Assembly: GCA_963768655.1 (NCBI GenBank)
Contig: CAVYIM010000009.1
Span: forward strand, 231,440-295,439
DNA from: an uncultured Chloroflexia bacterium
Lineage (GTDB): Bacteria > Chloroflexota > Limnocylindria > Limnocylindrales > CSP1-4
Direction of reading: 5' to 3'
DNA length: 64,000 bases
The notes below the pieces were generated by a model. It did not search any database. It had not been told where the DNA came from and was given only the letters and a program-made list of their open reading frames with translations. Shown piece after piece: positions 22,015 through 30,814 of this stretch; positions within the stretch are counted from its first letter, which is position 1; the number at the start of each line of letters is the position of its first letter. A program made the position numbers and the translations under genes.

Positions 22015-23000
22015 CGCCCCAGGATGCGGTCGATCTCGGCCATCTGGGCGGGCGTCAGCGGCCCGAATTCCATGGCTCGGGCGTTCTCCTGCACCTGGGC
22101 GACCGTCCGGAAGCCGGGCAGCGGGACCGTGGCAGGGCTGCGTCCCCAGATCCAGGCGAGGGCGCCCTGGGCGAGGGTCCGGCCGTTAGTGGTCAGGATC
22201 TCGCGGATCGACGCGAGCGAGTCGAGCCAGGCCTGGTTCGCCCGGCCGCCCTTGATGCCCGCGAACCACTCGACCTTCTGGCGGATGTCGTCGTCGCAGA
22301 ACCTGGTCTCCGGCGTGATCTTCCCGGTCAGCACGCCCATGCCCAGCGGGGCGCGATTCATGCTGGCCAGGTTCATCCGCTCGGCCAGGGCGAGCAGCTC
22401 GGCGCTGCCGGTCAGGACGTTGAGCTCCTGCTCGATGACGCCGCAACCGGGTGCGGTCGAGAAGGCTTCGATCGCATCCGGCCGATCCGTGCTCCAGCCG
22501 TAGGTGCGGACTTTTCCCTCGGCCACGAGCTGCTCTAGGACGTCGCGGACGGCCAGGGCCCGGGGCAGCTCGAGCCCCCAAACGTGGAGCAGGTACACGT
22601 CGACGTGGTCCGTGTCGAGGCGCCGCAGGCTGCCCTCCAGGTTCTCCCGCACGTGGCCGGCGACATCGCTCGCTTCCTCCGTCGAATCGTACGGGTTCAC
22701 TGTGCGGGCCGCCTCGTCGAGCTCGTAGCCGAACTTGGTGGCGATGACGGCCCGATCGCGGCGGCCTTTGAGGGCCGCGCCCAGCACGCGCTCGCTATGG
22801 CCGGCGCCGTAGTTGGCGGCCGTGTCGAAGAAGCTGGCGCCCAGCTCCAGGGCGGCATGGATGGCGCGAGTCGATTCGACGTCGTCGACGACGCCCCAGC
22901 CGGCCTGGGCGCCCATCATGGTCCATGGCCCGCCGATCGCCCAGCAGCCCATGCCGACCGCCGATACCTCGATGCCGCTGCGTCCGAGTGTTCGCTTCAC
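22011..23000 (-). CDS. Aldo/keto reductase
   Basis: VSAVGMGCWAIGG, FFDTAANYG, IATKFG, SLRRLDTDHVDVYLLH. Confidence 0.95.
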   Translation of the reverse strand: MKRTLGRSGIEVSAVGMGCWAIGGPWTMMGAQAGWGVVDDVESTRAIHAALELGASFFDTAANYGAGHSERVLGAALKGRRDRAVIATKFGYELDEAARTVNPYDSTEEASDVAGHVRENLEGSLRRLDTDHVDVYLLHVWGLELPRALAVRDVLEQLVAEGKVRTYGWSTDRPDAIEAFSTAPGCGVIEQELNVLTGSAELLALAERMNLASMNRAPLGMGVLTGKITPETRFCDDDIRQKVEWFAGIKGGRANQAWLDSLASIREILTTNGRTLAQGALAWIWGRSPATVPLPGFRTVAQVQENARAMEFGPLTPAQMAEIDRILGR

Positions 23001-23039
23001 GGTGTTTCTCCTCGATCCCGCGCTTGCCGCGGCGCCTCG

Positions 23040-24212
23040 CTAGCCCCGGACGACCCGCAGGTCCAGGCTCGAGCGGTTCAGGACGGCCGCGCCGCCGGGC
23101 GCGCACATGACGATGTTCTCCAGGCGCACGCCCCACCGGCCGGGGAAGTAGATGCCGGGTTCGACGCTGAATGCCATCCCCGGCGCCAGCGGCGTGGCGT
23201 TGCCGGCGACCATGTACGGGTCTTCGTGTACCTCGAGGCCGATGCCGTGGCCGACGCGATGGGTGAAGAACTCGCCGTAGCCGCCGGCGGCGATGACGCC
23301 CCGAGCGACGGCGTCGATCTGCTCGGCCGGGACGCCGGGTCGAACCGCGGCGGTGGCCTTCGCCTGCGCCTCGCGGACCAGCTCGAAGACGCGCACGAAT
23401 TCGGGCTCGGGCGCGCTGCCGGCATCGCCGCCGACCCAGATGGTCCGGGTCGTGTCGCTGCAGTAGCCCGCCAGCGTGCCACCGATGTCGAGCACGATCG
23501 GCTCGCCGGCCGCGATGACTCGATCGCCGGCGTCGTGGTGGGACGAGGCGCTGTTGGGCCCGGAGCCGACGATGGCGAAGTCGGCGACGTCGTGGCCCTC
23601 GTCGATGAGCCGCCCCCGGACCTCGCGGGCGACTTCCGCCTCGGTTCGGCCGACCAGCCGCCCGGAAGCGATCGCGTCCACGGTGCGGTCCGCGGCCGCC
23701 GCGGCAAGGGCGAGGAGCCGCGCCTCGTCGGCGTCCTTGACCTGGCGCAGGTCGCGCATGACGGTGCTCGCCGGCTCAAACCTGCGGCCGGGCAGGACAG
23801 CCTGCAGGGCGAGCACGTGCATGGCCCAAAGCCGATCCGAGAGGCCGATGGGCTCCCACGCGGCGTCGCCGGCGGCCATCTGCCGGGGCGCGAACAGGTC
23901 GGCGACCAGCGCGGCCGCGTCGTCGGTCTCCTCGAACGGGATGATCTCGGCATGGCCGGCACCTACGAGCGGCGTGGCGCTCGCCTTCTGGGCCTCCAGG
24001 TGAGGCACCACGAAAGAGACCGGACCCTCGCGCGGGACGACCAGCAGCGTGATGCGCTCCATCGGCTCGCCGGCGAAACCGGTCAGGTAGCGCAGGTCCG
24101 GACCGACGCCGAGAAGCAGGGCGGCGAAACGGCGCTCGACGATCGCCTCCCGACAGGCGGCCAGGCGGGCGGCGTATCGGTCGGCTGGAATCTGGCGGGC
24201 GGACTCACTCAT
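23040..24212 (-). CDS. Xaa-Pro (M24) aminopeptidase
   Basis: Creatinase N-domain; LDIGG, YCSDTTRT, HRVGHGIGLEVHE, SVEPGIY, GVRLEN. Confidence 0.94.
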   Translation of the reverse strand: MSESARQIPADRYAARLAACREAIVERRFAALLLGVGPDLRYLTGFAGEPMERITLLVVPREGPVSFVVPHLEAQKASATPLVGAGHAEIIPFEETDDAAALVADLFAPRQMAAGDAAWEPIGLSDRLWAMHVLALQAVLPGRRFEPASTVMRDLRQVKDADEARLLALAAAAADRTVDAIASGRLVGRTEAEVAREVRGRLIDEGHDVADFAIVGSGPNSASSHHDAGDRVIAAGEPIVLDIGGTLAGYCSDTTRTIWVGGDAGSAPEPEFVRVFELVREAQAKATAAVRPGVPAEQIDAVARGVIAAGGYGEFFTHRVGHGIGLEVHEDPYMVAGNATPLAPGMAFSVEPGIYFPGRWGVRLENIVMCAPGGAAVLNRSSLDLRVVRG

Positions 24213-24264
24213 GCGTGGAGAGTAGCCCCGGATCGGCCCGGGTGCCAGGGCGCCCGGCAGGGGG

Positions 24265-25188
24265 CTACTTGCCCGCCAGTGTCTCGACCAGCGGCGCCAT
24301 CGACTCCATGGCGTGGCCTGGGATCGTGTAGTAGCTGATACCGAGCCTGTCGCGGCGTCGCAGTAGCTGTTCGCGGGTGGATCTCAACGTGCCGTACAGG
24401 ACGTAGGGGCTGCCGTACAGCGCCGTGGGCGCCCAGCGCGCCGCTGCCCAGCCGGAGCCGAGCAGCGAGTTGCCGCTCCCCACCAGACCGGCGTCGCCGA
24501 GCCAGAGGTTGAGCTCGAGGTTCGGGAACCGATCGCCGGCCGCCGCCTTGACCAGGGCCACTTTCTCGGCCGTGGCGGTCTCGGTTGCCTGGCGGATTAT
24601 CGGCCGGCCGGCGGCGTTGAAGCCCGGGGTGAGCCCGACGATGTCGGCCTCGCGCGCGGCCAGCCGAAGCATGCGCGGACCGCCGCCCCCGATCGCCAGT
24701 GGCGGCCGCGGCCGCTGAACCGTGATCACGCCGGCGGAGGCGCGGTCCATCTGGTAGTGCTTACCGCTGTGAGTAACGGTCTCACCGGCGAGCAGACGCT
24801 TCAGCAGCGGGATCGCCTCCTCGAGCCGATCCACCCGGCGGGGGCCCGGATCGTAGGTCATGCCCAGCCGGCTGTAGTCGCCGGTCATCCAGCCCGCTCC
24901 CAGTCCCATCTCGAACCGCCCGCCGGAGAGCAGATCCAGCGTCGCCGCCTCGCGGGCGAGGATCAGGGGGTGGCGGTAGTCGTTGGCGAAGACGAAGGCG
25001 CCGACGCGCAGGTGTGTGGTTGCCGCGGCCGCGGCGGCAAGCGCCGCGAGCGGGGACAGCTGGCTGCCCAGGTGGTCCGGCATGACCAGCACGTCGTAGC
25101 CGATCGACTCGGCGCGGCGGGCGAGGGCCGCCCAACGCTCCCCGGAGGGCGCCGATCCCTGCTGAACCGCGAACCGGAACGGGTGCAT
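24265..25188 (-). CDS. LLM-class (probably F420-dependent) oxidoreductase
   Basis: GYDVLVMPDH, NDYRHPLILAREAATLDLLSGGRFEMGLGAGW, IGGGGPRMLRLAAREADIV. Confidence 0.9.
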   Translation of the reverse strand: MHPFRFAVQQGSAPSGERWAALARRAESIGYDVLVMPDHLGSQLSPLAALAAAAAATTHLRVGAFVFANDYRHPLILAREAATLDLLSGGRFEMGLGAGWMTGDYSRLGMTYDPGPRRVDRLEEAIPLLKRLLAGETVTHSGKHYQMDRASAGVITVQRPRPPLAIGGGGPRMLRLAAREADIVGLTPGFNAAGRPIIRQATETATAEKVALVKAAAGDRFPNLELNLWLGDAGLVGSGNSLLGSGWAAARWAPTALYGSPYVLYGTLRSTREQLLRRRDRLGISYYTIPGHAMESMAPLVETLAGK

Positions 25189-25225
25189 GAGCGCAGGTTA
25201 CCGCGTCGCGTCGAATCGTCGAATC

Positions 25226-25260
25226 AGGAAGGGACCGGGCACAACGCCCGGCCCCTTCCT
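25226..25260 (-). terminator. Hairpin, probable terminator after the ABC exporter operon
   Basis: AGGAAGGGACCGGGC-ACAAC-GCCCGGCCCCTTCCT inverted repeat. Confidence 0.65.
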
Positions 25261-25283
25261 CCGCGCCCGTTGGCTCGGGGTGG

Positions 25284-27305
25284 CTAGACCGCTTCGGCGA
25301 TCGCCTCCTCGAACTGCGAGTTGTAGAGGTCGAAGTAGAAGCCGCGGCGCGCCATCAGCTCGTCGTGACTGCCCTGCTCGACGATCTTGCCGTGGTTCAT
25401 CACCAGGATCTCGTCGGCATTGCGGATGGTGGAGAGGCGGTGGGCGATGACGAAGGCCGTGCGGCCCTTCATCAGGCGCGCCATCGCCTGCTGGACCAGG
25501 ACCTCGGTCCGGGTGTCCACCGAGCTGGTGGCCTCGTCGAGGATCAGGATTTGCGGGTCGGCCAGGAAGGCTCGCGCGATCGTCAGCAGCTGCTTCTCGC
25601 CCTGCGAGAGGTTCGAGGCATCGTCGTCGATCACCGTGTCGTAGCCTTGCGGCATCGTCCGCACGAAATGGTCGACGTGGGCCGCTTTCGACGCGGCGAT
25701 GATCTCGTCGTCGGTGGCGTTCTCGCGGCCGTAGGCGATGTTCTCCCGGATCGTGCCGCCGAACAGCCACGTGTCCTGGAGCACCATGCCGAAGGTTCGG
25801 CGCAGGTTGTCTCTCGCCAGCTGGCGGCTGTCGATGCCGTCGATCTTGATGCTGCCCCTATCGATCTCGTAGAAGCGCATCAGCAGATTCACGATGGTGG
25901 TCTTGCCGGCCCCGGTGGGACCGACGATGGCGACCACTTCGCCCGAGCGGACGTCGACGTTGAAATCGTCGATCAGCGGAATCTCGGGCTCGTAGCGGAA
26001 GGCGACGTCATCGACGGCGACGTGGCCGGCGGCGTTCTCCAGGACGCGCGGCCGCACCGTCTCCGGGACCTCCTCGGGCTCGTCCAGCAGTTCGAAGACA
26101 CGCTCGGCCGACGCCATCGTGGACTGCAGGAGATTCATGATGCTGGCCACTTGTGTGATCGGCTGCGTGAAGGAACGTGAGTACTGGATGAACGCCTGGA
26201 CGTCGCCGAGAGACATCGTTCCATTCGCGACCTGAAGGCCACCGAGCACGCCGATCGCAACATAGTTGAGGTTGCTGACGAATGTCATGACCGGCATGAT
26301 CAGCCCGGATATGAATTGCGCCTTGAAGCTCGCCTCGTAGACCAGCTGATTCTCGTCGTCGAAATGGCGAATGGCGTCTTCCTGGTGGCCGAAAACCTTG
26401 ACGATGCTGTGGCCGGTGTGTGACTCCTCGACCTGACCGTTGAGGACGCCAGTCCTGGTCCATTGCGCGGTGAACTGCTTCTGGGATTGGCGAGCGATTA
26501 GCATCGTCAGGACCGCGGCGGTCGGAAGCACGAGTAACGATATGACCGCGAGCGTGGGGCTGATCCAGAACATCATCGCCAACACGCCGATGATCGTCGT
26601 GAATGACGTGATGATCTGCGTCAGGCTCTGCTGCAGCGTGTTGGCAATGTTGTCGATGTCATTTGTGACACGGCTCAGCGTGTCGCCATGGGCATGTGTG
26701 TCGAAGTACTTGAGCGGCAGTCGGCCGAGCTTCTGGTCGACCTCGCGTCGCAGACGGTACACGGTGCGCTGTGAAACACCGGCCATCGTGTACCAGGCCA
26801 CCCACGTGAAGAAGGTAGCCACGAGGTAGAGGCCCAATAGAGCGAGCAGCACGGTGCCCAGCGCGCCGAAGTTCACGCCGACGCCGGGCGTGAAGTTGGT
26901 GCCGGCGAGCATGGACGCGATCTGGGGGTCGTGCTGTTGGGCCAGGGCGATCGCCTGCTGCTGAGTCATCCCGGCCGGGAACATCTTGCCGACCAGGCCG
27001 TCCATGAGCTGGTTGATGCCGTTGCCCAGGATCTTGGGACCGAAGACCGAGCCGGCAGTGCTGAGCAGCGCGACCCCAACGACCAGGATGATCTTCGGTC
27101 GTTCGGGCCGCAGCTCGCCGATCAGCCGCCGGAGAGCACGGCGGAAGTTCTTGGGTTTCTCGACCGGCATGGCCATGTGGCCCATCGGCCCGAAGCCGCC
27201 GCCACGGCGCCGGCCGCCGAAGCCGCCGGGGCCTCCCGCCGGGCGTGCCGGGGCTCGACCCGAAGAGCCGTTCGTTCTCGTATCTCCGCCTGCTGGCCCG
27301 CTCAT
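25284..27305 (-). CDS. Heterodimeric multidrug ABC exporter, TMD-NBD subunit B
   Basis: TM domain plus GPTGAGKTT, LSQGEKQL, ILILDEATS; start overlaps partner stop. Confidence 0.95.
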   Translation of the reverse strand: MSGPAGGDTRTNGSSGRAPARPAGGPGGFGGRRRGGGFGPMGHMAMPVEKPKNFRRALRRLIGELRPERPKIILVVGVALLSTAGSVFGPKILGNGINQLMDGLVGKMFPAGMTQQQAIALAQQHDPQIASMLAGTNFTPGVGVNFGALGTVLLALLGLYLVATFFTWVAWYTMAGVSQRTVYRLRREVDQKLGRLPLKYFDTHAHGDTLSRVTNDIDNIANTLQQSLTQIITSFTTIIGVLAMMFWISPTLAVISLLVLPTAAVLTMLIARQSQKQFTAQWTRTGVLNGQVEESHTGHSIVKVFGHQEDAIRHFDDENQLVYEASFKAQFISGLIMPVMTFVSNLNYVAIGVLGGLQVANGTMSLGDVQAFIQYSRSFTQPITQVASIMNLLQSTMASAERVFELLDEPEEVPETVRPRVLENAAGHVAVDDVAFRYEPEIPLIDDFNVDVRSGEVVAIVGPTGAGKTTIVNLLMRFYEIDRGSIKIDGIDSRQLARDNLRRTFGMVLQDTWLFGGTIRENIAYGRENATDDEIIAASKAAHVDHFVRTMPQGYDTVIDDDASNLSQGEKQLLTIARAFLADPQILILDEATSSVDTRTEVLVQQAMARLMKGRTAFVIAHRLSTIRNADEILVMNHGKIVEQGSHDELMARRGFYFDLYNSQFEEAIAEAV

Positions 27306-29032
27306 GCCACTTCCTCCCGGGTCAGCTGCGAGTACACGATCTCTTGATACGTCTCGCAGGTCTTCATCAGTTCGGCGTGTGTTCCGATCCCCGCCACGAC
27401 GCCTCCGTCCAGGACGACGATCTGGTCGGCGTGCAGGATCGTCCCGACTCGCTGGGCGACGATGATTACCGTCGCTCCCCGGACCTCCTGTCTGAGCGCC
27501 GCTCGGAGTTGCTGGTCGGTCTTGAAGTCGAGCGCCGAGAAGCTGTCGTCGAAGATGAACACCTTGGGCTTCTTCACGATCGCGCGTGCGATCGCCAGCC
27601 GCTGGCGCTGGCCACCCGAGACGTTCGTGCCGCCCTGGTCGATTTCGGCCTCCAGCTCGCCATCCATCTCGCTGACGAATCCCCTGGCCTGGGCTATGTC
27701 CAGGGCGTGCCATAGTTCGTCGTCGGTGGCGTTCTCGTCGCCGTAGCGAAGGTTGCTGGCTACGGTTCCGCTGAACAGGTAGGCCTTCTGTGGAACGACG
27801 CCCATCAGGTGCCAGAGATCTTCCTGGCGCATCTCACGGACGTCGACCCCGTCGATCCGGACGTGGCCCGAGGTCACGTCGTAGAAGCGCGGGATGAGGT
27901 TGATCAGCGTCGTCTTGCCGGCGCCAGTGCTGCCAACGATTGCCGTGGTCTGCCCGGGCCTGGCCGTGAACGAGATGTCGCACAGCACGGGCTCCTCGGC
28001 GCCCGGGTAGCCGAACTCGACCCTGTCGAACTCGACCAGGCCGTGCGGGTCCAGAATCTCCACCGGTGCCTCCGGGTCGCACAGCTCGGCCTCCGAGTCG
28101 AGGACCTGCTGAATCCGCTCGGCGGATGCCGCCGCTCGTGGGACCATGACGAACATGAGCGCCGCCATCATGACCGCCATGAGAATCTGCATGACGTACT
28201 GCAGAAAGGCGGACAGATTTCCAATCGGCATCGCGCCTGAGGCTATGCGCAGCCCGCCGAACCACACTATCGCCACGGTTGAAACGTTCATGATCCCGAA
28301 AAGGAACGGAATCATCATCGCGAAGAGACGGTTCACCCGGAGCGCGGTATCCGTGAGATCTCGGTTAGCGACGTCATAGCGGGCTTCATCATGATCGGTA
28401 CGGACGAACGCGCGAATGACGCGCATGCCACTCAGCGTCTCGCGCATGACCTGCTGGACGCGGTCAGTGCGCTTCTGCATTGACCGGAAGAGCGGCATCG
28501 CCCGAGTCGCGATGATGCCCATCACGAGGGCCACAAGAGGTACGATGACGATGAGCAGGCTGGAGAGCGGTACGTCCTCGCGGAGCGCCATTATGACGCC
28601 ACCGACGAGCATGATCGGCGCAATGATCATGACGTTGAAGGCCATGATCAGGACCATCTGGACCTGCTGGACGTCGTTCGTGTTGCGGGTGATCAGCGAC
28701 GGCGTTCCGAAGACGTTGGTCTCCTTCTGGGAGAAGCTCATGACCTTGCGGAAGATCGCGCTACGCACATCGCGTCCGAATGCCATCGCCGTTCTCGACC
28801 CGAAGAAGACGGAAATGATGGCGCACATGACGACGAGGAGCGTGACGAGCAGCATGAAGCCGCCGGTGCGGATGATGTAGCCGGTGTCACCTTTGATCAC
28901 GCCGTTGTTGATGATGTCCGCGTTGAGGTTCGGCAGGTACAGGTTGGCGAGAGCCTGGATGGTCACCATCACCAGAACCGCGGCCAGCGGCCAACGGTAG
29001 GGACGGAGGTATGTGGCGAGAAGTCTGATCAT
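27302..29032 (-). CDS. Heterodimeric multidrug ABC exporter, TMD-NBD subunit A
   Basis: GSTGAGKTT, VSGGQRQRL, degenerate Walker B FIFDDSFSALD. Confidence 0.95.
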   Translation of the reverse strand: MIRLLATYLRPYRWPLAAVLVMVTIQALANLYLPNLNADIINNGVIKGDTGYIIRTGGFMLLVTLLVVMCAIISVFFGSRTAMAFGRDVRSAIFRKVMSFSQKETNVFGTPSLITRNTNDVQQVQMVLIMAFNVMIIAPIMLVGGVIMALREDVPLSSLLIVIVPLVALVMGIIATRAMPLFRSMQKRTDRVQQVMRETLSGMRVIRAFVRTDHDEARYDVANRDLTDTALRVNRLFAMMIPFLFGIMNVSTVAIVWFGGLRIASGAMPIGNLSAFLQYVMQILMAVMMAALMFVMVPRAAASAERIQQVLDSEAELCDPEAPVEILDPHGLVEFDRVEFGYPGAEEPVLCDISFTARPGQTTAIVGSTGAGKTTLINLIPRFYDVTSGHVRIDGVDVREMRQEDLWHLMGVVPQKAYLFSGTVASNLRYGDENATDDELWHALDIAQARGFVSEMDGELEAEIDQGGTNVSGGQRQRLAIARAIVKKPKVFIFDDSFSALDFKTDQQLRAALRQEVRGATVIIVAQRVGTILHADQIVVLDGGVVAGIGTHAELMKTCETYQEIVYSQLTREEVA

Positions 29033-29179
29033 GGGCGTGCGTCCTGGATGTTCATCGTTGGGCGATCCTCAACTCGGCGGTTAGCTGGTCGGTGGCGTGT
29101 GGGTGGGCCTTGCCGGTCAGGGTGGCAGTGGATTGTGAAGCAGGCGTGAAGCGGGCTCGGAAGAGTGATGCGTTCTCCC

Positions 29180-29725
29180 TCAGCCGCTCGAGTGCGGCTC
29201 GCCGCCCGCAACCGCAGCGAGGTCGGCATTGGCGTCGATCAACCGGCGACGGGCGGCGTGGATGGCCCTCATGCCGGTCAGGAGAGCGGACATCTCCGTC
29301 TCGGAGAGTTCGCCCAGGACGCGGGCGAGGAGCTCACGGCGATGGGCGGCCGCGTCCTGGAAGACCGTCTGCCCCGCGTTGGTGGGGTGGACAAGAACGA
29401 CGCGGCGATCGTCGATGCCATGGCGCCGCTCTACCAGGCCGCGCTTCTCCATCCGGTCGACGATGCCGGTCGCGCTTGCGTCCGAGACGTCGAGTGCCTC
29501 GGCCAGTCGCTTCATGGAGAGCGGCCCGGCCATCTCCAGCACCGCCAGGACATTGAGGTGGACCAGGCTGAGGGAGTGGCGGTGCCAGGCCTTGAACGCC
29601 CCCTCGCGGTCGCGCGGCGACATGTCGGTCATCACGTCGAGCAGCTCCTGCTGGAGGGCCTGGCGCTCGGTGGAGCCCGATTCCGGAGCCGCCCCTGTGC
29701 TCCGTGTATCAGAGACATTCTGCAT
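29180..29725 (-). CDS. MarR-family regulator (probably leaderless)
   Basis: LSMKRLAEALDVSDASATGIVDRMEKRGLVER...DRRVVLV; TATACT box 7 nt before ATG. Confidence 0.9.
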   Translation of the reverse strand: MQNVSDTRSTGAAPESGSTERQALQQELLDVMTDMSPRDREGAFKAWHRHSLSLVHLNVLAVLEMAGPLSMKRLAEALDVSDASATGIVDRMEKRGLVERRHGIDDRRVVLVHPTNAGQTVFQDAAAHRRELLARVLGELSETEMSALLTGMRAIHAARRRLIDANADLAAVAGGEPHSSG

Positions 29726-29732
29726 GACGTGT

Positions 29733-29761
29733 AGTATATCGCGAATTCGCAATCCCCCCAA
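29733..29761 (-). promoter_or_regulatory. marR promoter with palindromic operator
   Basis: TTGGGG-N17-TATACT on the minus strand; near-palindrome ATCGCGAATTCGCAAT at 29738-29753. Confidence 0.6.
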
Positions 29762-29840
29762 TTCAGTAGTCGGGCTCCTACAATCGGGCTGGTGACGGCC
29801 GGCCCAGGGCCGCGCGGCCGCGCTGCTGGAGGAACTCGAG

Positions 29841-30329
29841 ATGGCTGAGACGGTGTTGGGCGCCATCGCCAACGCCAGGTTCAAGACCGGCATGTTCAAG
29901 GCGGAGAAGTGGGTCCTGGTTGTAACCGACCAGCGGCTGCTCGGAGCCCGGCTCACCGACGAGCTGGCCAGGAGCATCGTGGAGCAAGCGCGGGCCCAGG
30001 CCGGCGCATCGGGGAGCGGTTTCTTCGGCCAGCTCGGCGTCGGACTCAAGGCCGCTTCGACAATCGGGCAACGCTACTGCGCCATGACGCCGCAGGCAAT
30101 TCTCGCCGAGACGCCGGGTAACTGGGCGCTCCTGCCGGGTCAGGTCAGCTCCATCAAGGTCGAGCGGAAGTCACGCCCAGGTGGCGAAGACGGCCCGGAT
30201 CTCGACTTCGTCAGGATCACGATCGAGGCGGCGGGGGGTAAGGGCACGTACGAGACGAGCGACGACAAGCCCGGCCAGCGAGAGGTCCAGGCTTTGCTGG
30301 CCCGAACCTTCGGCCCGGTCGTCAGGTAG
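29841..30329 (+). CDS. Hypothetical protein
   Basis: GGAGG RBS; protein-like ORF with VLVVTDQRLL (PH-like pattern, unconfirmed). Confidence 0.7.
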   Translation: MAETVLGAIANARFKTGMFKAEKWVLVVTDQRLLGARLTDELARSIVEQARAQAGASGSGFFGQLGVGLKAASTIGQRYCAMTPQAILAETPGNWALLPGQVSSIKVERKSRPGGEDGPDLDFVRITIEAAGGKGTYETSDDKPGQREVQALLARTFGPVVR

Positions 30330-30350
30330 GGGCGGCGCCGAGCGGCCGGA

Positions 30351-30599
30351 TCAGCCCGAGGCCAGCTTGAGCAGGACGGCCAGGACGCCGAAGACGACGA
30401 CAAGAATGGCGATGTCGAAGACCCACTGGCCGACCGCGTTCTTGGGCCGCCAGCGGTTCGAGATGTAGCTCCAGGCCCCCATCCGCAGGATCTCGCGGCC
30501 GCTCGGGCTCGCGGTCGGCCTCGCCGGCACCGTGATCGCCGGCGGGGGGATGGCCGGCGCAACGGGCGTCGCGGCCGGCGGCGTGTCTTCCTCGGGCAT
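30351..30599 (-). CDS. Small protein with C-terminal TM helix
   Basis: GAAGGAGA RBS before MPEEDTPP...; ends FDIAILVVVFGVLAVLLKLASG. Confidence 0.65.
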   Translation of the reverse strand: MPEEDTPPAATPVAPAIPPPAITVPARPTASPSGREILRMGAWSYISNRWRPKNAVGQWVFDIAILVVVFGVLAVLLKLASG

Positions 30600-30673
30600 C
30601 GTCTGTTCTCCTTCGACCGCCGGCCGGCTGCGCCGGTGGGCTCTCGAATAGGGTAGCGGCGGGCCCGGGAGCG

Positions 30674-30716
30674 CGTAACGAGTTCGAAAGGCCGGCCGGA
30701 CGAGACTGCGGTCATG
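30674..30716 (+). promoter_or_regulatory. Shared regulatory motif, -10 and ATG
   Basis: CGTAA cgagtt CGAAAG N11 GAGACT N6 ATG. Confidence 0.65.
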
Positions 30717-30814
30717 ACAGCTTCGCCTGGTCGTCGCCGACCGGGCGCGGATCGGCCTCCGGCCGACCAGATCGCCAGATTGACTGCTCTCCACATGTCG
30801 GAAGGGGCTCGAGG